Assembly (NCBI GenBank): GCA_012295275.1
Contig: CM022670.1
Span: 32,674,001-32,738,000 of the forward strand
Reading direction: 5' to 3'
Source: Chrysomallon squamiferum
Lineage: Eukaryota; Animalia; Mollusca
Length of the DNA stretch: 64,000 bases
The number at the start of each line of letters is the position of its first letter. Positions within the stretch are counted from its first letter, which is position 1. Shown here in pieces: positions 52,607-64,000 of the stretch. A model generated the notes under the pieces. That model was not told where the DNA came from, did no database searches, and saw only the letters and a list, made by a program, of their open reading frames with translations. The position numbers and the translations under genes are program-made.

Positions 52607-55600
52607 ATGGCAGCAAGTCTTGATGTAAGAGAGATTTTGGAACTGGATACAAGTACAGAGAAAGAAGCAGTTACTAAAGAATATATCTTGAATGATGGTA
52701 AAAAGGTATGTGATCATTAAATAATTATATACCTTTTGTTTTTACTTTATTTTATTTATTTATTTATTATTGTGTGTGTTGTGTATGTGTGTGTGTTTGT
52801 AATAAATTATGTATATTTTCTACAAATTATTTATTAACTAATAACTGTATAATTTTAATACAAAGTTTCTTGAGTATTCAAAGTGAAACATTAATATGAG
52901 TCATGACTTCATTTCAGTAGCTTTAGACAAATTGTTTTTTCGTCTTTACTCAAGTTATTACTGAGGTTTAATCAAATAAATAAACACTGAAAACAAATAT
53001 AAATGCCTCATTTCATTCATCAATGATCAAAACATTGATTTAGAACTCTGTTTTTATATTTCTCTATTAAATTAATATTATTCTATTTCATTTATATTTT
53101 CTTAGAAAAAGCCAAAGAAGAATGATCTTACATTCAAAAGACCTGAGGGAATGCACAGGGAATTGTGGGGTTTACTATGGACAGACAGCAAGTAATGTCA
53201 ATTTGTTTTTAACACTGGATTTTTTTTTTCTTAAATTCTTAAACTTGAAATATTTGTTATAAATGAATTGTAAAAATGAAATAATTTTATATGTTCCAAC
53301 TTAAATTATTAATAAAAAAAAAAAAAAACGAAAAGTTCCCTCAATATCACAACAATAATGTAATGTAAAACTGGATTGGACTGGATTATATTCATTGGTT
53401 AGTAGTATAGTATATTATTCTGAAGCATGACACATTGACAGATCACAGGAACTGGTACCAAAGTTGGTATATTTTCTATTCCTGGTAGCACCCACACCAA
53501 ATAATACAATATAATAGTTAGTTAATATTGAAACCTACTTAATCATTAATTCATTTATGTTGTAATATTCAGTGGGTTTTATTTTTTACGGATAGAGATG
53601 CCCCACCTATTGTACCCTCAGATTCTAATCAAGGATACAAACAAATGAAAGCCAAAATTGGATCAAGTCGTGTGAGACCATGGAAGTGGATGCCATTTAC
53701 AAACCCAGCAAGGAAGGTAAAGTCTTTTATATGTAACATGTAGTTTTATTTCATTAATGTATCATTTACAGTTTGTTTGTCTAATTACTGTTCTAATTAT
53801 CAGACAATCCATGCTACCAGGATTACAATAACAGTCTAATTTGGAATTATTATTTTCATATATTTTTGATATTGCAATATTTTCCTAAGCAGTGAAAATA
53901 AAATTGTTATATTTGTATTAGAGCTGAAAAGCTTGGTTATGTAGTTGCATAGTGTAAAAGTTTTTACATTTCATTTCTAAACAGGATGGAGCAATATTTT
54001 ACCATTATCGGAGAGTTGCAGATGAGGGTAAAGATTATCCATTTGCAAGATTCAATAAGGTACAAATAGATTTTCATTTCACCAGATATTTAAGATCTGT
54101 GACTCATTCTGAACACTTGATTTAGAAGAAAAAGCAAAACATTTTCAAATAAAATTTACTTAAATGATTGGTATTTATCAGTCTAATATATTGCATAAAC
54201 TTTAAACCACTCCCAGCTGGAATATACTGAAAAGTTAAAAAAATTTAGAACTAGTATCATAGACACAGAATTAAAAAAAAGTTTTAAATCTATAACTTTT
54301 GACATTAAACTATATGCTATGGTATTTTTTTTTATTCCTGGTTTTAATAACAGTGGTTAGTAATTAAAGCTTAAATAAATATTATAATATATACCCCCTC
54401 TTTTTCAAAATATTTGTAAATTAATCTAGAAACTTGATTTGAGATTCTTCCTTATTAGATTAATAAACCTAGAAATTTGGTTTAATATCTTTAATTATTT
54501 TAACTGTTTAGAGTGTTGACGTTCCAACTTATTCTGACTTGGAATATCAACAACACCTTCACGATGATAACTGGCCCAGACAAGAAACAGATCATCTGTT
54601 TGACTTATGTAAAAGATTTGATTTGAGATTCATTATAATACATGATCGCTGGAACAAGGAGAAGTACAGGGACCGAAGTATTGAAGATCTGAAAGAGAGA
54701 TACTATAATGTCTGTAATATATTGGCTAAGGTGAGATATTTATATTAATGCATGTTTAATGACACTGCAGAACAAAATACTCTTTTGTTTTAAACTAAGG
54801 TAGATATCTAAATATGTGAGACAGTTTATAGTTCAGTTTATCCATTATTGATTTATATTAATTTTTGTATGTGTTTATGTGTATTTCTGATTAGCCCATG
54901 CATTATTTATTACTGAAAATCTTTACTAGTTTTTACTGACTTATTTTATCACAATACTTATGTTAGATCCAATATATTGCTGTAATCTGAAAAAAAGGCA
55001 TGGTTTTATTTTTTTAATGGGGTAAATAATAATTTTGTAAATTGAAGGAAATTTTATATAACAAAATAATATGAACACAGAGATTTCCTTGTTGCTTACA
55101 AAAAGGCTGTTTATTTTGGAGTAATTAAAATTATTAATAATTTTATTCAGTACAGTTGCTGCTTTGTTATTTTCTATCCATTTAAATTATTTTTTTATTT
55201 TTAATTAGGTAAGGGCTCCACAAGGATTTGAACCAAAAATCAGAGTTTTTGATGCTGAACATGAGCGGAGAAGGAAAGCTCAGTTAATGAAACTGTTTGA
55301 CAGGACACACGAACAAGTAAGTAGTATTTAATATTGTGTCTGATGAATATGTATATTTTACTTATGGAAAGTAATACATTTTTAGATAGACAGACTGATT
55401 GATTATATCTATACAGAATGTCATCATTTATTCTGAATGCCATACATTTCATAAATTCAAAAAACAAAATGGATATTTTTATTTTTTATTAAATAAAAAT
55501 GTTTTCTCAGTTTGTAAACATAATTTACTCCAGCATAACCCAAATTGTTCCTTTTTTTATTGCAAAACTGAATTTGTTAATAATATTCTTTAACTATTAC

Positions 55601-56539
55601 ATAATCTTTTCATTGGATGTATTTTATAGCTTTAGAGTGATAATAATAAGATGAAATTAAAAAATTTTCCAGGACATATTCCATTATTATTAAAAAGCAG
55701 TTTTAATGACAAACAAAATAATTTCATTTTGTATAAAATTATTTTCTTTTGGGTTTTTTTAAGGTTGAAGAAGAAGAGAATCTGATAACAGAACTGAAGA
55801 AGATTGAGCTTCGTAAACGAGAACGAGAAAAGAAGACACAAGATCTGCAGAAACTGATCACTGCCGCAGACAGCAACATCGACAACAGACGTGCAGAGAG
55901 AAGAAATATGAAGAAAAGAATCACACCACAGCAGAAAATCAGAGAAACTGGAGTAAGTGTTTTAGTTCTTCGTTGTTGTTTTCCAGTAAGAATGAAATAT
56001 AATGTATCATTACTCTGATACATTGAAGATAACAATGTCCTAAACAGAACTGCAAGCCAAAGTAAAATTCAACATTATTCAATAAAGTCAGTTCATTTTG
56101 AATGACAATAAAATCCAGAATCAGGAATAATTTATGTCAAAGAAAGTTTATCCACTAACAAATGCCTTTCCATGAGATTTATCCTTTGTTTTTTATTAAA
56201 TGCCCTTCCATCATTTTATTGTCTGCTTGCATTTCTCATACTGTTATTATAATAACAATTTTTTGTTTGTTTGCAGCCTTCTACACCTGATACTGCTGGG
56301 ATAAAGTTTCCAGATTTTAAGCAGTCTGGTGTCACATTGCGCAGTCAGAGGGTATAATTTTTGTTTTATATTTAAAACATATAGCATTAATAATATTGCT
56401 TATAGTTCTGTAATGATATTTGTAGATATTTTGGTATTTATTAATTAATGTTGTGTCAGGACACCATTTCTTTTAAAATATTTAAAAAAATATATATTTC
56501 TTTATTATATATTCTAATTCATATAAATGGTTTTTTAAT

Positions 56540-56574
<35 letters not shown>

Positions 56575-58230
56575 TTGTTTTGTTGTTCTTTTGTTAAAAT
56601 TATTTTGTGTATTCTTTAACTGCATAAGAAAATAATAACAGATGTTACTTTTTCAGTTTTTATCATATATATATATATAAATATATATATAAAATGTACT
56701 GTTGTTTTTCAGATGAAACTGCCAGCCTCTGTTGGCCAAAAGAAAATGAAGGCAATAGAACAGGTTCTGGAAGAACTTGGAATAGGTAAATTAAATTAAA
56801 AGAAGATTTGGAAATTATATTTAGCAAAGTTAACTAAAATTAAGTTCAGGTCTTTGCTTACATTTGTCAAAATAGGTTCACAACATCCACATTTTAAAAG
56901 GTTTTATTTATTTTATTTTTTATTATTTTTTTTTTAAATGTATCTAGGTATATACTGTTAAACTGATATATGATAAAAGTAATTTAAGTAAAAAAATTAA
57001 TGATAATTGTATTTGACAAGATCAGTCGATTTGTTTGCACACAATAATTGTTTTGCTGTATTATATTGTTAATAATTAATTATTTATTTATTATACAGAA
57101 TACAATCCTATGCCAACAGAAGAGATAGTTCAGCATTTTAATGAGTTACGTCAGGATATTGTTTTGTTGTATGAACTAAAATTGGCTTCAGCAACCTGTG
57201 AATATGAACTGCAGACTCTGAGACACAGAGTTGACAATGGAGGTCAAGTTAAGGTAGGCTGTTCTTTCTTAATTTTCTCAGCGTTATAAATTATATTAAA
57301 TATTTATATATGTTAGTAAATTATTTTTGTTTTCTTATCCCATTTTTAAAAACTGTTTTCTTTTATAATTATCATTTTATAATCAGTTTCATTTAATTGG
57401 ATATATTTTTATTTCATTTTAAGTGTTTTTACCCAACTTGTATACAGATTAGTAGGTTTAACTTTATTTATTTTGTTTTTAAAAATTGATATTTTGACTT
57501 TTTTTTTTTTGGTGATAATAATCCAAAAACAGTTTTAAAATTTGTTTAATTAATAGAAAACTTATATATATATATATTGTTATAGGAGAGTAATAAATTT
57601 TGCACTTGATTGTAAAATTTCAGGTTGAAAATGACATCGCAAACACACCAACAGATATTAAGATTTCTCTTGATCTTGGAACATCAGTTCCTTCAACTCC
57701 AACAACTCCAAATATTGATACAAGCATTCGACTGAGTCCTACACCAGAATCTGGAATGAACACAACACCAGACACACCAACTGGGCAGAGAAAGATTTCA
57801 GAAACAATAGATGTTGTGGGAACTCCCACCACACCCACAACACCAAATGTAAGTATAAACTAAGTAGGGTTTTCTTAAGAATAAAAGCTTTTATAAATTT
57901 GATACTTCTTTTTTAAATGGAAAAATAAATATTAAAATGTTGTGTAAATTTTTGGCTATGGAGTATTCAGGTCATTTTATCATAATAATTATCAACTTTA
58001 TAAATTTTGCCTATCATTTTTTGGTGCTTGATATCATTGTTTTAAGGTGTTACCACTTAAAATAATCATGAGAATTTTTTTCCCAGCAATCTTGTTTTAC
58101 TTAAACATTGCTATGACAGATTTGTTTTATGGTATGATAAAGTATATGAACACAATCTGTTTTTCAGAGAAAGAGAAAAGCTGCAATGGAATCAAGTAAC
58201 ATACTGAAGAAAATTAAACAAAAAGTTTGA
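52607..58230 (+). CDS. DMAP1: DNA methyltransferase 1-associated protein 1 (DMAP1/Swc4/Eaf2), ~495 aa. Exons 52607-52705, 53106-53191, 53596-53716, 53985-54059, 54512-54730, 55209-55316, 55764-55952, 56277-56351, 56713-56785, 57099-57253, 57624-57848, 58168-58230
   Basis: DVREILEL, FKRPEGMHRE, VRPWKWMPFTNPARKDG, DYPFARFNK, SANT-like W...ETDHLFDLCKRFDLRF..IHDRW..RSIEDLKERYY, ERRRKAQL, KKTQDLQKLITAAD, GIKFPDFK..GVTLRSQRMKLP, FNELRQDIVLLYELK. 12 exons join in frame. Confidence 0.96.
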
Positions 58231-60984
58231 TACAGAAAGACTCTGGAATAGATGAAGTTAAAACAGTATTGATGAATTTCTTGTCTTGGATAGACATTAC
58301 AACAAACATTTAAACAGACTAAGATAATAATTATGGATGTTGTCAGGGTTTGGAGTTTGCAAAATTAGATGTTTAACAGATAATGAATGATTGACAGTGT
58401 TGTTCTGTTCCATATAATTAAAAAGTTTTGCATAGAAATCAACTGAGGCTTTATGTTTTAATCCTTCTACGAAATAAAGCTGTTGTATCTGACAGGTTAT
58501 GCTCCAAAATCAAGTGTAGGCTGAGCACATGCAGTTACAATGCTTGAGAATCTGACAGTAAATTCAAAGCTGACTGTGTGAACTACATAATCCAGTTATG
58601 TATTTTTTGTTACTTTGACATAGTTTTGAAATGGATACATCTTTGTCTGTTAGTGCAATGAAATCAACCATTGTATATTAGCTGCTTATACAAATGAAAT
58701 AATCATTGTATTCTTAAAAGCACTATGAAGTTCTGTAGCAGAAATAACTATGTAAACAGGGAATTTTCATATCTGTTTACTGTTCAAGAAATAAAACTTA
58801 TGAATATGTCTCTATATATTTGATTTTATTCTTTGTTAATTGTTGACATATTAATTAAAAATGGTTTATTAGCAAAGACAAAAGTTAATTTCATTCATGG
58901 AAATGAACAACTGTACATGTCTTTAAGTTCTGGTAGTGAGTTGTTGATCCTCCACTTTTATTATATTTAGAAATACATTTGAGTGCACACAGACAAATGT
59001 AATAAAAAATTCCAAATATGCAAAAATGTCAATAATTTTAAAAAATATTTTTTTTTTTTTTATAAATAGTCAGTTGTGTTATGCTGATTCTGGATTTATG
59101 ATTCCAGTTAATATAATATAATATAAAAAAATAATAAAGTAAAGTAAAATAAAAATAAAAAATAAAGTAAAGTAATGAAATAAATAAATAAATATATAAA
59201 TATATAAAAAAATAAAATAGAAGAAAATTAAATTAATTAAAATAAATTGTGGATAAACAAGATAACAAAAGAAACAATCTTTTCTACTATAAAGGTATTT
59301 TATTTGAAAAATGTAAAAATGAGTCACATAAGAATAATTATTTTAAAGCAGATAGATATATTAAACTTAATAAAGTTGTATAAAAAGTTGTGTTAAATAC
59401 AGAATTAAAATAGTACATTAAATTTTATTCAGTCCATTAATAAGTTATCTATTATATCTATTATATATTAACCAACCAGTCAATATTAATTATTTCATTT
59501 CTGTTATAACATTGACATTTATAATGTAAAAACAAAAAAGGAAGATCACACTATATTAATTTAAAAATAAAACAATTATAAATATATTTATAAAAAACAG
59601 AATAATAAACTATTATATGAAAAAATGATAAATTGTTATTTATAAAAACAATATAAATCTAATAAAAAAAAAAATGATTTAAAAACATAAAAGGAAATCA
59701 GTATATATTTTTAAAAATTGTAAATTCAGCAGTCACTAATCTAATTTTGTTTCTATAATTATTTAACCAACATGGGAAGATTGTACAAACATAAACAATT
59801 TTTTCATGAAATCTTGTGCATTTATACAAAATGAGATATACTTAATGGCAATCATATATCTCTAATAAAAATCATACAATAATTATTTCACCTGGTATAA
59901 CAATAATTAAAAAAAGCCCCATATAATAAAAATATGAACTATCAGACAAAAGGCAACATTTTTCTGTCCATTCCAGAGGATTTTGTTCATTTAGTGCAGC
60001 ATTAAATATTTTGCAGTCTTCAACTGATGAATGTATTTACAGACTGCTTTACTGGCTAACAGGTTTCTGTTATAAACATCAAAATAAATTTATAACTCTG
60101 AGGTGCCACTGCCAGGTGTCACACTATTTAAAAAATGAAAAAACACAGAGAGTTCAACACAAAACACATCAGTAACAATGTCCATGTTTTTGTGCCGCTC
60201 CACTCAACCCCTGCGATTACATAATGAAATCCAGGGCAATCCCAACAGCCTTGATGACTAATGAGATTGCTCACTCTGCAGAACAAAATGTTTTGGTTCT
60301 GTCCAGATGGGGAAATATGAAATATGTCATTTTTGTTTTCTATATTTTTTTACTGGAATATCTCTCCTTTGGTTCAAGGATTTTTTTTTTTTTTGTGGAA
60401 CACATGTAAAATACACATTAAAACCATTGTCAACACATTTGTTGAGAATATAATACAGACACCGATTTATTGTTTTTAAGAAAAAAAATTTCTTTATAAT
60501 AACTGAGGAACGCATGCATGACACACAAAATGTTTTTTAGAAAAAGTCTGTAGATTTGTTGAGGAACAGATACACACCACAGTTTTATTTTTGATATATA
60601 TCAAACCAAATACTGTTTTTTGGTAATTGTTTTTTTTGTTGTTTTTGCAACTGAGGAACACATGTAAGACACATAAAACACTTCATCTCTTTTGAAAAAG
60701 TCAGCCATTGTCATTTTATTTGTTGAGAAAACATAATTATTAAAGACACTGTTATATCAGTTTTGTGGTCATTTTTTTAAGTGTTTGAGGAACGCTTTTA
60801 AGACACAGCTTAGATTTTTGTGTAATAATTTGGCATCTGAATATCTTGAATATTAACAAGTTTGAACAGAATATCTTTTTCTTTTGCAGCACAAAATGAT
60901 TTCTTACAAAAGTAGATACCAAATTATTTAAGATTTCTTTCCAGACATTAACTTCATCTGCCTGGAAACACAAGGAACCATTGT

Positions 60985-63900
60985 CTATTGGTCATTCATA
61001 TTTCCCTCCTCATACAGCTTGTACACCAACTGCAAAAGAATTTAAAATAACATTAACTCATGAATAAGTAACTAACATGTTAATTTAGGAGTACTTATGA
61101 AACCATTAATTATTATCACTACTTCTGATAACATTAATATTAGAACAAAATCTCTCTGAATATAATATTTTAAATTAAAGTTCTGAATTAATAACATTAA
61201 AAGAGTCAGCAGTGTTTAATATTATGTTTCAAACATTACTAAATTAAGGAAAACAGAACATTAATAAGCTTCAGAGTAAAGTAAGTAAATAAGTACATAC
61301 ACTTTTAAATTTCACAGAAAGACTCTCTATGAACTGTTCTGGGTTTTTGCCCTGAGGTACAAGAGTAGCCAGTGGACGACCTGGTCTTTCTCGTTGATAC
61401 TGGTCTTCCAGTCCTTTGGGAATGTAGTCAGTGTCAATTTCAACCTTTAATTTAAAATAACATATATGGTAATTTTTATCATACAGCTTAATCTTATATA
61501 TATATTACAATTTTATTTTATTTTATTTGTTTGTTTGTTTGTTTGTTTTTGTTTTGTTTTTTGTTAGGAGTGAATCCACACAGTTATATTCTTATTTTAC
61601 CCACATATATTTAAAATAATTATTACAATGTTTATATTTAAAGAAACATCAGTGAATCTATTTTCATCTAAAATTCACTAACCTGAGAGGTGTTGAACTC
61701 GACCATGTTTAGCTATAAGACACATTTTAAAAAGGTAGTTACAATAATGATGATATCTCAACCCTTATCTACAAATTCTGGACCTACCCTGGTATGTACA
61801 GATGAAATGTTTCACTAAACTTACCAGTTTGTTGGTAGGCACATCTAAAACCAACTCATCATCTCGTCTGGCATCACAGATTCGTACAAAGATGGAACCT
61901 CCTTCAATCAGTTTTATCTAGGAATGAAAATGGCAAGAAAGATAAAATGCACATTATTTAATAAAAAAATTAATATTCTCTTTTTTACCAAAATATTTCT
62001 TAAGAGTGTTAAGAGTACAATCTTCAATAATATGTAAAATAAATCTACTGAATATATATATATATATTTTTAAGTAAACAAACAAAACAAATAAAAAACA
62101 TGAGAAAAGTTATTTTAGAATTAATAACAAAAGAAAACTTACCTAGAATATGTAATATACAAATCTGAAACTTATCACAATGGGTATATAACATAAAAGA
62201 ATAATTATAATACAAAAATAAAAAACACAAACGAAAATCATGTGTATGTACAACTTCTGCAATTAGAAAAATAATAATGTTTACAGCATTTTCTCTGTCA
62301 ATTTTCTTTTTGACACTGTCAAAGTAAATTAAAAATTATATGACCCTGCTGACTGTTTTAAACATACATAGAGATTTTATATATAAAAATAAATAAATAA
62401 ATGAAACAACAATGAAACCTGAAATAAAACAAAATAAAATATAAATTAATATCAAGATGTGTAATAACAGTGAACAAAAATGCAGTTATTATTCTAATAC
62501 AGTACATATTAAAATTATAACTGACAAGGTTGCTGCGAATGTTACGTTCCATCCATTCCCGAGTGGGCTCTCTTGCCAGCTGTTTGAGCATCTGTGGGGT
62601 TGGAGCTCCTAAAAACAGCGGCAGCTGGAATGTTGTAGTGTATGCGTAATGATCTTTGAACAGCTGAACTGCAGTCCATGCCTGGAAACAAACAGAATAA
62701 GAGATAGGTTTATATATAAGTCAAAGATATATAATTTTGTAACAGAAGTTATATTAATTTAAATTTTTTTTTTTTTATTATTATTAATATTTTTGAACTC
62801 TAACAGATCCTTTATTCTAATCTAATTGCATGTTATATAATACACAATTAGATTATTTTACATGCTGTATAAGTTTAAAATTAAACAGTAAATCAATGTA
62901 GTTAATGAATTCTATGTCTATGTAAAATAAAAGGTAGCAAATAGTAATGTTACTATATTTTCATATATTATTATTATAAATGTCAAACATTAATCCCTAC
63001 AAAGCCTGAGTCCAAGTAATAAAACAAAAAGTAGATCATTTAAATATGGTATTTAAAGTTTCTTTTTTAAAACTTTACAATCTATAAATTTTATTTGTTA
63101 GTTAAAACAATGTGTGTAGAATATGAGTTTAACCTGTTCAAGGAGGCCATATTTGTAATTGTCTCTGGAGACTGTGACAAAAACTTCCTGTATGTGGATG
63201 ATAGCTGTCAGGAAACGATGGTATGATCTTCTTGGAAAGTGCTTAAAATAAACACCAAATATTAAATGTTTATCAAACATTGTAAACAGAAATGACACAT
63301 GTTAACAAGAATAATATACATAGACACTGATTATTTTGTAAAGCATTTAAATAAACATTAAGGATTATTTATTAAAATGTATTTGATATGAAATCATTTA
63401 ATACTGTGATATCATTACATTCACAGCAGAAAATATATTTTTATTTCGTAAAAAAAAATTATTTAATTAAAAAATAATAATAATAATAAAGGCAGAAAAA
63501 TCATGATCCTTAGGTCTGAAAAAAAAAAGTGTTTTGATTAATAACACACTAAAAAATTTGTATATTAAATATATTTAATAAATTCTTGAAAATAAATAAA
63601 TAAATATTTTTACTTTGAAACCATCTCTCCAGGCTGGAGAGGTGTTTGTACTTCGAAGATCCAAGTTTTCTGTGAAGACCAGTTTATCATATGTGGCATG
63701 TGGTGTGCCCTACAACAACAAAAAGTTATGATTAACTGATTAATAAAACAAATAACATTACAAGTGTATCCTTTAATATTATGCAGTCACACATTTCTCT
63801 TTATTTCTATTTTTTGTAAACTGAAGCTCATCAACTGAGAATTTACAGTCAATAGTGTTGATGCATTTTAAATTATATTCACCATGATGATTTTCTCTGA

Positions 63901-64000
63901 AATCCCTAATCTGCTGTGAAAAATTACTGCTAGTAATTAAATATTAGTTGAAAAATTATTTTAAGTATTTAAATTAGCTTACCAAATAGAAAGCTCCAGG
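60985..64000 (-). CDS. Uncharacterised protein, C-terminal ~219 aa (5'-truncated). Exons >64000-63983, 63709-63614, 63241-63134, 62681-62526, 61917-61825, 61444-61301, 61029-60985
   Basis: Phase-0 GT-AG exons join to PGAFYLGTPHATYDKLVFTENLDLRSTNTSPAWRDGFKHFPRR...AWTAVQLF...FQLPLFLGAP...GSIFVRICDARRDDEL...LVYKLYEEGNMNDQ*. Confidence 0.85.

Noticed and set aside
53480-53822. 11-bp inverted complement (TCCTGGTAGCA / TGCTACCAGGA) flanking DMAP1 exon 3
   Set aside because: Too short to distinguish from chance without conservation data.
59079-59327. 82-aa hydrophobic minus-strand ORF (and similar Phe/Ile/Leu/Tyr-rich ORFs across the window)
   Set aside because: Low-complexity AT-rich non-coding DNA with no splice or homology support.

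Overview
Very AT-rich, intron-rich eukaryotic DNA, probably from an invertebrate (tentatively a lophotrochozoan or mollusc; taxon not provable here). Exons were assembled by hand from GT-AG boundaries and reading-frame continuity. Genes in order: (1) the 3' end of a PDE4/dunce cAMP phosphodiesterase (+); (2) a 21-coding-exon, ~1242-aa kinase-less Roco protein (-) with the architecture Neuralized(NHR)-Roc GTPase-COR-Cys/His cluster-Death domain-TIR-CaaX(CIVL), the most striking item in the window; (3) GADD45GIP1/CRIF1/mL64 (+); (4) two orphan ORFs (-); (5) a small 4-exon, 119-aa gene (+) absent from the ORF track, downstream of a perfect CRE; (6) a divergent MCCC2-like carboxyltransferase (-), head-to-head with (7) DMAP1 (+); (8) the 3' end of an uncharacterised gene (-). 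Also present: several MITEs (one resembling mammalian Tigger4/Zombi), an apparently identical 266-bp tandem duplication, a probable decayed SINE, and micro/minisatellites. No rRNA, tRNA or CRISPR seen.
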